The notes beneath the pieces are model-generated. The model was not told where the DNA came from, searched no databases, and saw only the letters and a list, made by a program, of their open reading frames with translations. A DNA stretch of 64,000 nucleotides from Lytechinus pictus (Eukaryota): NCBI RefSeq assembly GCF_037042905.1, contig NC_087260.1:21700001-21764000 (forward strand), given 5' to 3'. The position numbers were made by a program, and so were the translations under genes. Positions 38,521 to 52,555 of the stretch are shown piece by piece. Within the stretch, counting starts at the first letter, position 1, and the number at the start of each line of letters is the position of its first letter.

Positions 38521-40633
38521 CCATTAATTTTATTTTACACACCATCACTCATGACTCACTTCCACTTACACACTCTTCCTTTCTCCCTCCTCCCCCCCCC
38601 CCCTCTTTCTCTATAGCTAGTTGATATATTAACATCGACCGATCTATCTATCTATCTATCTTTATGTACATCAGTCTACCTACCTATCTATATATCCACC
38701 TTTCTCTGTCTGTTTTTTTTTACTTTTTTTTAATTTCTCATGCGCAATATCTTATTGTATCTGTTTTCTTATGCGTTAAGGACAGACCAAAGATCATTTT
38801 GATATAAATATCCTAAACACAGTTATAAAGCAGACGTTATATCTCAGGTGTGATTTATTGTTTGTAACGGCATCCTAAGTGGATCATTATCAACTATTAA
38901 ATCACGATTTAGTCTTAGAGTCGTTTATAGAAACACACTAGCTGGAGTATAATTTTTTAAAGAAAAACCCACTTGAAATCAATCATCTTGACTTTTTTTG
39001 GGGGGGTTGTTCATTTTCAACATATCATCATATCGTCTTGTGGTCTAAAGTTCTGTCTAAACTTTTTGATATTTGTATTTAGGACTATTTTATTTTGTAA
39101 TATGTGGTAAAAATATATTTTGCATTTAAACATGTAGTATCTGATTAAAGACTAGATGATCTATTAATAGATAATTGTATTATTAATAAATCATATAAAC
39201 AAATGTGGAAGCTATTCGGGGTGAATGTACAGACATGGTATTCTATAAGAGGCTTGCCCGACAAAGCAACTTTTTTTGATAATATGCGTCACTCATGGAT
39301 GGGTAAATCGATATTTTATTATTTCGTTGATTTTTGTAAATTAATTTTATGACTTGATTTCTCAAATATAGGTATAACAATTTTAAATGTACTAATTGCA
39401 TTATTCACTTCCAATATTCAATTTCCATTATCTGATACTACTTCACTATAAGAGCTCAATCTTATACAACCATGCATGCAGAAATCGTTATCATTTCCTT
39501 TTAAACTCCAGTTCAAAATAAGGTGTGGCCGATTTCCGATGTTTCATTTATTAATGGTGGTAGATGAATATTTTGTATTTAATATTAAAACACAAGACCC
39601 AAATTTCTGTCAACTGTCAAAGTTAGTATAATGATCTTATCCATGGATGTGACCGTTTGTTTAATCCACAGAGCATGTCTTCCACTTCAAAACACTATCA
39701 TTTCCTGACACTATACCAAACCCATGATGCAGCGGAAAGAGCTAGGCCGGATGATATAACCTTGGTTTTCCACCGCTTCCAGGCCGGTTTCAGACCTATA
39801 TCTTCTCTGGTTAACCCACATGGTTCCAGAACGGATACCACCACCTGATATATACGATAATATTATGTGTATATCCGAAAGGCCAGTACTACAGCACTAA
39901 AAGGATTCGGGGCGTTCATCATTCCCTAGGCCTAGAAAAAAAAAGACCGTCATTGACTTTTTTAATATGTGACATTATAAACCAGAATGACATCAACGAA
40001 GGATATTGGGTGACACGAGCTTGGTGCTGCTCAGGCGCACACATAGAGGTTCTACATTTTTTAAAAGCCCGCATTTTTCTTGTCTCCGAGCATTTTTACG
40101 AACCATGCCACTTTCTTCACAATATCATATATCGAGTTACACCCGACCTGCCTATATACATGATAGCTCTTGACCTGATCGTGGTATGCGTATGAAAAAT
40201 TACATACATTCGTAATTTTATTTTACGACATGTACGACATTGATCGATTGAGAAAGTGATACTGATCGGTGTTTGAGTTTGTCACTCTCTAACTTGCCTC
40301 CCGCGGAAGATATACCTCTCACAATAACTGGATTCGATATCAGTAGTGACTTAATGCCAAGACAAGTGTGCACGAGTTTTATTTATTGCTCGACAACATG
40401 TGTTTATTAGATGAATAGATCATGTAATATAATATATATTGGGAACATAAACTGGGTACATTTATATATCATCTGTGCAGTTTCCAGGAATAGTATATCT
40501 CTGTGAAGGAACCCGCTGAAATTGGTTCATAAACTGTTTGCAAACCTTGTCACATTTGGAATTTCTTAAGCAGAATAGAAGGAGGGATTTGTGTGGATAT
40601 TTAAGACAGGATTTGATAGATCTTGAAGCGATC

Positions 40634-41785
40634 ATGGATAACGTGTCAATATCAACACCCGTCACTCACGGGACAATCGAGGTCATACACAACCTGAGCG
40701 CAAACGACATCGTCTCCATCGTCATGTACGTGATCATTGGGACGTTCGGTATCATCGGAAACACCCTTGTGATGATCGTCTTCGGATTGCTAACACAGAA
40801 GAAAAGTCAGGTGAATATGTTCATATTCGACCAGGCTCTTATTGACGGGTGCACCTCCGTGTTGCTCATCCTGTTCGGAGTCGTCAACGTGTTCAGACCG
40901 AAAATCATGGCCTTTGAAAAGGATATCGATGTCGGCAATGGCACCAACACCTCCAGCATTACGGGCCATTTCCTCTACCTTTCTCCGTCGACGGCGGAAT
41001 TTTTGTGTCGATTCTGGTGGTCGCGTTTCTTCCTCTTTGCATGTTTTGCCATCTCGACATGGAACTTGACGGTGATGTCGATAGAGCGGTACTTCGCAGT
41101 CCTTCATCCGATGACGTACTCCAGGAATTTTAGCAAGCGGCGCGCCATGATCATGATGGGATTGATATGGCTAATCGCTCCCATCATGCAGTATATCCCA
41201 ACGATTTTCCAGTACACATGTGGTCCTGGTTCATGTGCCTTCCAGGAATCTTGGTCCAATGCTGCAGGAATCGTCGTAGGATTGGCCTTGTTTGTCTGGG
41301 AGTTCGTCCTCCCTGTCTGTATCATGGCTTTTGTCTACTACAAGATCGTTACGGAGATGAGGAAAAAGAAAATGGCCTTGCGACAGAAGAAGAAGCTGGT
41401 AGATCCACCAAGTGCCACAAGCACCCCTACCAGGATGCCTAACAGAGGAGCCTCCAAGATTGTTCATCCCTCCAGTAATATTACCATGACACTATGCATC
41501 CTCTTCGCCGTCTACACCTTCTGCTGGGCGCCCAACCAGATTACCTTCTTGCAGTTCAACTTTGGAGGACCTCTGAACTTTACCGGTGCCTGGTATCATA
41601 TCACTGTGACCTTGGCGTTCTTGAACTGTTGCGTGAATCCCTTCATCTACGCTCTCAGGTTACAAAAGTTCAAGAAGGGTATGAACATGTTGATGAAGGG
41701 AAAGTGGCATCGGAGAACTCGGGAGAGCAGAGCGAAGATGACCGAATCGACCAGTTTCAATGGCATTGACTCGAATACTGTGTGA
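40634..41785 (+). CDS. Intronless class A (rhodopsin-like) GPCR, allatostatin-A/galanin-receptor-like, 383 aa
   Basis: First ATG at 40634 (MDNVSIST); seven hydrophobic segments; GN, QALID, TM3 Cys (LCRFW), ERY, W4.50, CWAP, NPFIY. Confidence 0.92.
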   Translation: MDNVSISTPVTHGTIEVIHNLSANDIVSIVMYVIIGTFGIIGNTLVMIVFGLLTQKKSQVNMFIFDQALIDGCTSVLLILFGVVNVFRPKIMAFEKDIDVGNGTNTSSITGHFLYLSPSTAEFLCRFWWSRFFLFACFAISTWNLTVMSIERYFAVLHPMTYSRNFSKRRAMIMMGLIWLIAPIMQYIPTIFQYTCGPGSCAFQESWSNAAGIVVGLALFVWEFVLPVCIMAFVYYKIVTEMRKKKMALRQKKKLVDPPSATSTPTRMPNRGASKIVHPSSNITMTLCILFAVYTFCWAPNQITFLQFNFGGPLNFTGAWYHITVTLAFLNCCVNPFIYALRLQKFKKGMNMLMKGKWHRRTRESRAKMTESTSFNGIDSNTV

Positions 41786-43080
41786 AGTCTTATTGATATA
41801 GAGGAATGGACTCTTCGAAACATGAATTATCGAGAGAAGTTTGATATTTCTAAGTTTTTCATGTTTGTCAATTTCGTATTATTTTGGGAGAGTTACTCTG
41901 TAAATTCTGTTTGATATTAGAGAAATCGACTCTGCAAAACATACACTATCAAGAAATGTTTGATGATTCTTTGTTTGTTTATTGTTAAAAATCTTTTATC
42001 ATTACATATTGCGTGTACTTGGGCATTACAAGGATGAAGTCGCTGTAGATCACCACATTTTCCGAGTACAGTAATATTGTGGTTTAGGAAAAATTGCAAA
42101 TATGAAGGAATTTCTCTGATTGGATCCTTGTCAGTGTTTTGGACAGAGTGTGCATGATACGATGATCTTGATTGGTCATTTTCATTTACAAATTGATTAC
42201 AAACCTTATGTTATAGAGCTCAGGACTGGATTGCAATCAAGACATATATGATGGAACTAGACTTATCGGGAAGGACAATTAAAAAAAATCTTTCCCACAC
42301 TTCTGCAAACTTATCGATGATGTATATTGAATTTATCTGCAACCTTGGTGCTATCATGGCGTTGGTTCAGTTTAACATTACCTGTCTCTTTTACCTAAGA
42401 CAACAATAATTTCATAAAGTATATGTTGCCAATACCTTCACCAAGTGCTGATTATTTTATTTCCTCGGTAAAAACTGTCCAAAAATTTACATTTTTATTG
42501 AAATGTATACATACAACTATATTTGGTACGTTACATTTGTCATGACCATCAAGACTAATAAATACAATTCCTGTCAGTTTATTCTGAACTCAGGCTAACA
42601 TTAGCTTATGAGTGTACCACACTTATTCCCTCAATAACATCATGCAAAGAAAGTACCACTACAGATATGGAAGTTCATGCATTGTGGAAAGAAAGAAAGG
42701 TCCTTAAGAAAATGCCCGCTAATTTTTCCCCTTATTTTGGTTTTGGTTTTGTTTTTGTGTTGTTGTTTTGTTGCTTGTTTGTACTGTTAATTCATTATAG
42801 TGAAACTGTAAAAATATGTACTAACATCAGTAAGCGATACCGTGAATCATATTGCAATATATCTTTTTGTATCATGTGTTATTTTATCATTTGTTTCGTT
42901 TTATCACAGGATTTAGAGTAATCGCAAGAGTTACAGTCACACCGTCGAAACTGACTCCAGTCCGACCAAACAACCTATTGCCTTATTTTCAATGACGTAT
43001 CAACGATCGGTTTGGAATCGGCTTCGTTGGTGTGACTGAAGTACAAGCTACTATTCAATTCCAAAGTTTAAGGCCTATTG

Positions 43081-43400
43081 ATAGCGCGTTTTCGCACCGC
43101 CACGCGGGACGAGTTCAATAACACAGTTAATGTATTGAAAATGCTCGTCAAATCACAATGAACCGCTAAGAGGTCTTTGTCGAAAACTGGTTAACCGGAA
43201 GAGCAGATGTCCTAAGATTTCGGAGCTGATGAAAAATTGCAAATCAGTCGTTCATCCGGAGTCCAGGTCGAAACTGAAGTTTTGATTCACCAATTTCGGA
43301 CAAAGATTCATTCGGAGCTCATTGTCACGAAGGGCATTTTTTACAATAGGTTTTCCGTGTTCCTAAAAGCGTTCTGCATCGTGGCGCAAAAACTCGCTAT
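43081..43400. mobile_element. MITE with short imperfect TIRs
   Basis: ATAGCGCGTTTTCGCACCGCCACG ... CGTGGCGCAAAAACTCGCTAT. Confidence 0.55.
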
Positions 43401-46400
43401 TCACGGCTGAAAGTGAGTCGCACTTCTTTATCTGAATGCCTTGGCGGAATTTCCGGGGTGACATATCTATTGACATTTCCCCTGACCTAACCAAACAGAA
43501 ACCACACGCAAGTTCTGAGCAGAGGATGCGTCACGGGTGGGTGGGGCACAAAGGACTGACCCCCCCCCCTCTCATTATTTTTAAAGTCGTGAAAATATAT
43601 GAAAAAGAGGAGGGATAAAAGAAAGGGAAAGAAAGTAGAAAGAAGAGCATAAGGAGATTTTACCCTTATTATTCAATATAGGAAAACATTCAGGGACCTA
43701 TCCACGGAGGATTAGTCTATTGTTACTGGGGGTGCTGAGCATTGTTACAGCACCCCCAGTAACAATAGTTAATCCTCTGTGGCCAGGTCCATGAAAACAT
43801 TTCATAACCTTTAGGACGTCTTGCCAATCCTCCCCCCCCCCCCCCCATCCAAACACCCTGATGCCGCTCCTCTGTGAGTTATCAAACAGTTCTTGCTTTA
43901 TTGGTATCACACTGAGATTGTTAATTTGAATTTTTGCCAAAACTTATATAATGTTATCACCATGGACATATTAATGAGTTTGATTTTTTGATTGTTTTTA
44001 CAATTGTTTTCCTGGTTTTAAACTTATTTTTTTATCTCATTTTTTGTTCATTGTCTAAGAAAATATACATGTGCCTTGATAACCGTGATCAACCCCCGAA
44101 TAATACGTTCAGGCGAAAGTTTCGCTCCGTCTTGGGAAGAATAAGACTTTCTTTTCGCTGGAGTTTAAGTTCTTAATGTTTAAAAGTGGCATACCTAATA
44201 CAGCAACGAAAAATATCTTGCAATGTCTGTTGAACACGAGCTGCTTTGAAGAGATCATATTAAATATGCGCATTCTGTATATACTATTAAACTATTCTTC
44301 AAATCATTAATCATAATGGTGTCCGATTCCTATTTTTAGAAGACAAAAACAAGATGATACAATTCAGTTTCACATATTCTTTCGAATACAATTTGTCATT
44401 AACGCATTTGAGCTCTTAGTAGGAAGCTTTCGCACGGTGAAGTTACAGGGGATTAAAAAACACAGATCATGTATCGTCAAATGCGTTTCATGACAAAGAA
44501 CAACCAAGAAGTCTTTGTCGAAAATCGGTGTATCAAAACAACAGTTTCATCCTGGAGTTTGGACAAACGACATATTTGCAATTTTTCGTCTTCTCCGCTC
44601 AAATTTTCGACAAAGACCTCCCATCTTTTTATTTTGTTTTCTTTCTTTTGTTGTCATATGACGGGCATTTTCAAAACTTTTACTTTGTTCTTGAATCTAT
44701 TGCAAAAACTCCCTATTCATGCTATTGGCACGATGGTGATGTGCTAGACTCTACTAAGACCATAGTAACTGTTATATTATATTCATTAATCAGTGGAACA
44801 CGATACATCAAATATGCAACAGGTTTTGATAATCACTTTTGCAGGGAATCGCCCGGGGCAACAGTGCTTGTCAAGAACCAGGAAGTGCCTTTGAACTCTT
44901 AACGGCTTTCAAAATAATATGTGAAATCGATATCGGGGTTCATTTCACAAAACAATTCATGAAGTGAAGTTTGCATGTAAATTTGACGAATCAATTATGA
45001 CTTTACTTGACAGACCAGTGAGATTTGAATCAGTTCGATCGTTTTAGATACAACTTAAAAATGCAAGAATATGTTAGTTTCTTAGGACTTTTATGGTTAA
45101 CAACAGACCATTTTAAATAGTAATAATTGTGTAGATTTGTAGAGCGCTCACACCGTTCAAAGACGCCCATGGAGCTAACTCATCAACAGTTCTCTTGTAT
45201 AAACAAGCTGCGAACATTAAAAAAAATCTAGAAATTAGTTTGAAAATACACCAGACCTCTATAATTTATTTTTGGCCACGATTTACTTCGAACTGTTGGA
45301 AATACATCTTTATTATTTTTTTTAATCAGAAGCATGGCCCTGGGAAGCGAGGGTGCTGGGGTGCTGAAGGCTTGGGGTGATGAAGCACCCAAGATTTTCC
45401 TTGGGGGTGCTGCGTGTATTATTTTCCATAGGCAGCACCCCCTCGAATTCTTGAGGGTGTGAAAAATTGAGAATTATAAATCAAAATGACCTTCATTTTG
45501 TAGTGAAACCCTTATGATGACAAATAGCTAAACTGTACATTTTTAACAAATCTATATCTCGATATATCGAGTTGCTGAAAATGTTGGAATTATTGCTGAC
45601 GACTTTATCAACGTTGATGGGCTCGAAGGTTGGTAAGGGTTGGATAATAACGCCCCTCGAAAACGCACCTCCTGCCGCATGGTCCCCGTCGATCAGGTCA
45701 AAATAAGATACCCAAAAATTAAAATTTCGCAGAAATGGTAGATAAGACCTTTACAAATTTGGATTCATATCAAATTAAGTCCAACTTTGCACAGTAACTA
45801 TACTCATGTATAGTTCAGTAACTATACTAATGTATTTTAATGAAGAAAAATAAATGTTTTTTTTTTTCTTCTGGGAGTTTGACGTTTGCCCACGGAAAGT
45901 CGGGCAAAATGGCCAATCAAGTAATTTGAGCCTCTGTTAAACCTCAAAGAATCACAATCAGGGTTACTGAATTACAAACGACAATCAACTCATCTCTGAT
46001 GAAACGAGTAGAACTTTTATTGAAAGTTAAAATAGCCAGATGTTATGTAAATCCATTCATCCAAACTATGCTTTTGCACTAATTTGAATGAAAAAGTTTG
46101 CAGAAAGGCCCGTAATCTATTCATACCATTAAAAAAAGAGTTGTCCATTGCTTGCATTTTCTTCGTCGAAATACCCCCAAACTAATTAATTCATCAATTA
46201 CGATTCAGGCATCTTGTTGTTTATTACCTCTCATTTATTTTCGATACATTTATTCATCTTTCTAATTCTTGTTTGAATGAAATCTCCATTTATCAATTCT
46301 TCCCCCAAGCAATTTGCTCTCAAGAAACTTAATACTGCAGAATGTTATGTCTAAAAAATACACATCCTTGACAATTCGATATATTTTTCCATTGTATTGT

Positions 46401-47695
46401 ATTTTTATCTATAGGTGTATCACACCAAAAGCCTCAGCTTTTAGGATATACGCCTTCTTCTTTAAACCCAACATGTACCTATTTATATTCTTCATAATGA
46501 ATTGATTTTTGCATGAATTAATGTTTACGAAAAATGCAATAAAACGGAAGAAAATAATTGTTCGTTTGAATTGAATTGAATTGAAAGTACAGATATTTTA
46601 ACATTCCATGCGAGGGCTAATTTTATTAGAAATCATTAAGCTTTGGTAAAGGTTAAAATATACATTCCTTGGGACTATAATCATTTCTTTTATCTCAAGT
46701 TTACCGAAAGTTAACTGACTGCTACTTCAACTTCTGTTGATCATCTCTTTGACGAGAAGAAAATAATTGTACTTATGATCCAGTTGAGCCCTCTCTCGGC
46801 AATTACAATAATAAAAACAAGACCTTATGATATAGCATGGTGGGTTAGCCGTATCCAAAAGCGATCGAATGTTTATCTTCCTCTATTCCGATCTTTGAGA
46901 ACTGAATTCATACCAACAGGGAGGGGAATCTATTATGTCGGAGACTGGACTCATGAAAAGGTATTGGGATAAATATCCATGAATTCTCTTTTGTTCGTTT
47001 TATCTGAACAAGAACTCACAACTTGAAGGCAATTCCAAATCCCCAAACTCAAGTCATGTTGCAATTTTATCATACACATTTTTTTCTGTCTGTTTGTTTA
47101 ATATTTGCCTTTGACATTTCTCGTTTCAAAAATTGATCTACCGTTTTTGCTTTTCAAATTATTATTAGGTTTTCACCAATGACAAAATAGATTTCTCCTA
47201 TCAAAAATAATATTTTTTTTCATGAGTCACCTGTTAACAACGAATATACATTTTTCACTATAACCTAAAGGATTTGTGTCAAGTAAAACGAAATTGCATC
47301 TTAATATTTCATTTTAGCCAAGAAATTTGCACTTTCTGATTTTGATATAGATTTGAATAACAATTTCTAATGCGTTGAGATTGTGAATCTCTGCAAGAAT
47401 GAATTCTGCTCTGCATAATTCCGGCAGGCTACCAAAGCACACGCTTATAATTGTGTAGGCTTTCTGTTATCATCTTCGATAGCATAACATCATAAAAATA
47501 TAAGATTTTCTAAAAAAAAAAACTTGTTGCAAGAAATGAAATAGGATTAAGCGCACAGCGCCTGATAAAATACGATCGAGCAGCAACAAGCTACCCCGCA
47601 AACATTTTCTCTCCGCCGTTAGCATCGAGTCAAATGATTGCTAATCGCGATTAAAAATAGTATTTTAAAAAAGATCACTTTAGCCTCAATCCATC

Positions 47696-48918
47696 TTATA
47701 AGCCTTTCATGACTGCGCCGCGAATGCTACGGTAATACCTCAACATACCAGCGTCGTTAAAGTGGAACCCATCCGACGAGAAAAGTCTGCCGTGATTGAG
47801 TGCAAAAGAACGATGGCGCCAAAAATGCACATTAGGCAAACTTTCGAGAAACTTTGCGAGCAGCCGGTTGGTGTCCTGCACGTTCGAGTTGAAATTCGGC
47901 TTCCAATTCGGCACGAACAGACGAGGGATAATACCACATACGAGTACATGGCGAATGCCAGGTATGCGCGAAATACGAAGCGCCAGGTCGACAATTGAAA
48001 GCACCGTGGAATCGGTAGTCGCGCGCCCGTCACACAGGTCGTTGGACCCGAGATCTAGCACCACGGCATCTGGAGAGAGATTCCAGACGAGATCGAGCTG
48101 CGCTGCCGCGGAAAATACACTGCCCGGTTGATCGTGGCCGACATCGTGCATGAAAGTGAGAACGGAAGATTTCTCTAGACCGAGATTATCCCTCTTGGGA
48201 TCGGGCGCGATGTACTGATTAAGACGGCTGATGTAACTATGACCGAGTACAAGGACGACGGGCGATTCACGATCATCGCAAATTTCAGGAGAGCTGCTGT
48301 GAGAGCTTTGATCACATCCAGAATTGATTATGCAAACTCCCTGCTATGTGGTACATCTTCGGCTAACATCCAGCGACTTCAACGAGCTCAGAATCGTGCA
48401 GCCAAATTGGTATTCCTTGCCAAGAAGCGAGATCATGCCTCTCCCCTTCTAGATCAATTACACTGGCTCCCTGTCTATAAGCGTGTCACATACAAAATCC
48501 TCACCATTGCCTACAAATGCATCCATAATTGTGCTCCACCCTATCTTAATGACTTAATTTCTCTGTACCAGAGTGAAAGGCGTGGACTACGATCGGGTAC
48601 TGATACAACTCTGTTGGCAAGACCAAGAACTGCTACCTCCTCAGGGGACCGATCGTTCGCTGCTGCCGCGCCACGCCTCTGGAACCAGCTCCCCCGCTGC
48701 ATTCGTGAATCGTCATCTCTGGGAGCATTTCAGCGGTCATTAAAGACATTTCTTTTTAATAGTTAATTTATTTGTTATTTATGTATGTATGTATTTTGTT
48801 TTCACAATTTTGATTTTGCTCATTTTGTAAAGCGCTGTGATACAATCATTGTGAAGAGCGCTATATAAATACTTATATTGTATTGTATTGTATTGTATGA
48901 CATGCTTGAGGTAGACAT
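47696..48918 (-). pseudogene. SGNH/GDSL hydrolase ORF (205 aa when rejoined) of the transposon-associated type, interrupted by an L2 fragment
   Basis: Blocks VLVLGHSYISRL, VVLDLGSNDL and DGFH in one frame 48292-47696; removing 48293-48897 joins MSTSSMS (48918-48898) in frame to SPEICDDRE. Confidence 0.8.
48293..48897 (+). mobile_element. 5'-truncated L2-clade LINE fragment
   Basis: ORF2 C-terminus (SRIDYANSLL, LHWLPV, GDRSF, LWNQLP); AAGCGC..GCGCT tail and (ATTGT)n. Confidence 0.92.
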
Positions 48919-50369
48919 AATCAATTCGAAAAACTGCGACCACAAGTGTGAGCGAAAGAAGAAACCAAGTACGGGTAATTCAAGAACGAAAATGGCACAG
49001 CGTGTTGGCAAGCTCAAGAAGGTCTAGAAGTAGACTGAATTTGGAGAGGGAAATTGCAGTATTTATCCATGCCATCCTCATTGAATACGCTGCAGAGTTT
49101 GCCCCTTAATTGCATTGCGACGGGATTAGCCAAGACTTTTGACCAATGAGAAAGCTCCACTGCCAGTATAATAGAAGTTGACCAATTAGCGATCCTTTAA
49201 CGCCGGGGCATAATGGCGCGAAGACCAGCTAATTGCACCCATAAATACAATAGGACAATAGCAGGTGGACCTCATGTTACGTAACTCTCACACCTTCGCC
49301 CCCATAGTTCTGGGCTTGTTATTCAAAATTAATTGGAAATCTTTCATAATTTGGTCAAACGTCTCGGCCAATCACATTGCTCGGCTATATTAGAATTTTA
49401 ATGTATCAGTATTATTCTGTAGCTTAATTCGATACATTCCTGGCACCAACAATGTCTTTCTTAAATAAAGATGAATGAATGTATTGCATGCACGTGATTC
49501 GAATGCAAGGACCAAACACATTTTTTTCAAGAAGTTGCCGTTCAAATCCTAACTCCCTCAAAACTAGTAAATTTCATTATTTTTTAAACTTTATGTCAAA
49601 AAGTAGGCCTGTATCAAGGATGCCGAATCAAGTGCCTTCACTTGTGCCGAATTACTCCCATGTCTGAAACCGATGCGAAATTATAGTAATTTTTAAAAAT
49701 GTCTCAATAGTTTGAAATCTCCATAGAAAAAAAAAATTTCACTCTTTCTTAATTATGGTTGACACACATATTCAGTCACCCACTGATGATGAAAATGATC
49801 GTATGATAGTTACATTTTCATATGGGACATTAGTGTGTTTTTACAAGCAGCAATTCAGTACTTCCAGCTTCCTACAGACAATTGACACCCCAAACCTTTG
49901 CCAACTGTTTCCGGTTCCGGCCGCTTCATGTTTTGATAAGATCAATTGCCTACACACCTACATCATGGTCGATATCAAAATATGTTGGCAAATCCCTGAT
50001 AATATCTTAAAACAATAATTGTGAATGTGCTTGATTGCATATTAATTTCATCTATGCAGTTTTATAAAGGTTTTGCAATAAATCAATAGTTTTGCCATTT
50101 TGGGAGAAAAGCATGCAGCAATAAGCCTGTGCAGATTGAAGAAAGTCAAAAGGCAATCTCCTCCAATCATTGTTGGCGATCTCGGGGGTGTTTCAAAATA
50201 TAACATTTAAATAATTTTTTATAATACAATAATATCATGAAATCGAAAGGGAAGGAGACCAACTAAAAAAGCAGAGCTTGTAGGGTAAAGGCCCCCTTTT
50301 ATAAGTACATTTTATGAATAAAAAATAAGATAAAATAAAGAAGTAAACAATATATCAGTTCAGTTCAGT

Positions 50370-52380
50370 TCATCTATTTTCCATTAAAAACTCAATCAAA
50401 ATAAATACATACAAAATTCATGAATAGAAATCGGAAGGACCCCAAGAAAAGCATAATAAATAAATAATAATAAAAATAAATGATTAAGTATACCAGTATA
50501 CCATAGTATACAGAAATCATAAAACTATTAAACATAATTATATACAAATAGACATTTATAAATACATTTACATATTAAGTTCTGAATTACATTACTTTGG
50601 GAAAAAACGATAATCTAATATGAATTCAGAAGATATTTTTCAAGTTTTCCTTTGAAATTTTGTATTGAAATATATTGTATAATATCCTTTGGAAAAGAAT
50701 TCCATAATTTTGGACCAGTAAAAACAAATGTCTTCTGTGCAAACGATGTTTTATTCAGAGGTAAATGAAAGGAACTCGCCTGGCGAGTGAAGTGCTTATG
50801 AATTGTATCATTTTTTGCAAACATATCATTTAAAGGTAACAGTAATAGTTTATTGATAAACTTGTACATTAACTGTCCGAGTTGAAAAGAATATAAATCT
50901 TTAACTTTCAAGACTTTATTTCTCAAAAACAGAATATTTGTATGTGCCCTGAATTCTGCATGACTAATAATACGAATCACTCTTTTTTGTAATATAAAAA
51001 GTCTATTAAAATGAGAATTCGCTGCGTTACCCCATGCAACAACTCCGTAATTCAAGTAAGGTAAAATTAACGTTGAATTATAATGATAAATAAATATAAT
51101 GGGGTAAGAAGTGACTTCATTTTCTAATGACACCAATGTTGCTAGCAATGGTTTTACAAATATTATCAATATGTGCTTTCCAAGAAAGTTTTTCGTCAGT
51201 GATCAGTCCCAAAAATTTAGTAGATCGCACTCTTTGAATGACAGTATCATTTAAAATTACATCTTTTGGTACAGTCGTAATCTTGTTGCCATAAAGCATG
51301 TACCTAGTTTATTCTAGGTTAAGAGAGAGTTTGTTAGCTGTTATCCAATTAGAAACATTTTTTAGTTCGTCATTGAGTATTTGCATCAATTGCTCTGTGT
51401 CGGGGTGTGACAGAAATATATTAGAGTCATCAGCGAAAAGTAAAAATTGAAGCAATCTAGATGACATATCAATATCATTTATATTAGTAAAGAACAAAAG
51501 TGGGCCAAGAATGATGACCTGTGAAACTCCACAAAGGACAGGTTTACGTTCAGAAATATTACAATCAAGTAAAACGAACTGTGAACGCCCGGTTAGATAA
51601 TTCTTGAACCACTTTAGTGGTTCCCCTGTAATTCCATATTGAGAAAGTTTATAAATGATCAACTGTATCGAATGCTTTTGATAAATCTAAAAACAAACCA
51701 ATCGTATTTGAAGACTTGTCATAAGCTTTGGCAACTGTTTGAACTAAAGAAAGTATTGCATGGGAAGTGCTACTCTTTTCCCGGAAACCAAATTGAGTAT
51801 CGGATAGGATGTTGTGCTTTAAAAAAAAACATATGGTTCGTATGTGAACCAATTTTTCAAGAATTTTAGATAAGTTTGTAATCAATGAAATGGGTCTGTA
51901 GTTACTTGCTAAAGAACTATCACCCATTTTGAAGACTGGTATTATCGAAGAAATTTTCATTGATTTTCGAATATTTCCCGATGATACTGACAAATTGAAT
52001 ATATAAATAAGAGGTTCAATTATATAATTCATAGTTTTCTGTAGAAGGTTGTTATCAATGTTATCAAATCCTGCATTTTTTTTTAATTTTAGGCTAGATA
52101 TAATTCTAATTATCTCCTGTGTGTTCGAAGGAGAGAAAAACATAGAACTTTGATTTCTATCCCCCCCCCTAGATATTGATGAAATTAATGGGAGTTTGTT
52201 GATATACTTCTAGAGAGCTTAAATCCAACTTGTGAAAAATAATTGTTGAAAACATTTGCCATCTGAACTTTATCTTCAATAATAGAATCAGTATGCATAA
52301 GCTTAGTTATCTTTGAAAACTTTGGTCTATCATCGATGGTAGAATTGATAAATTTCCATGTTTTTTAAAGATCATTCTGC
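50370..52380 (-). mobile_element. Degenerate, 5'-truncated CR1-group (Crack/Daphne-like) LINE, RT region
   Basis: NYRPISL, QFGFR, FLDLSKAFDTVDH, GVSQ..LGPLLF, LFADDSN spread over four frameshifted ORFs (50615-52143). Confidence 0.9.
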
Positions 52381-52555
52381 CACTTACTACGAAAGAAAGA
52401 AAAAATGTCTCTGCGAGTCGGAAATTGAAGGATATGCGGTGTGCAGCTATAGTGATGCGCACAAATTTCAACCGAATATTGAAATTGTACTTGATTTTTT
52501 TTTCATGTATTTCTAAGAAGAGTATGAATTAGGCCTGCTAATCATCTTAAGAAGA

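Noticed and set aside
40538-40633. N-terminal extension of the intronless GPCR in the ORF track
   Set aside because: Starts at TTG; the first ATG at 40634 gives a normal glycosylated N-terminus.
43225-43280. CTGATGA...CGAAAC hammerhead-ribozyme-like core
   Set aside because: I could not form convincing stems I-III; it lies within a MITE.
48239-48766. 175-aa plus-strand gene
   Set aside because: Chimeric frame: antisense SGNH sequence fused to a truncated L2 ORF2 tail.
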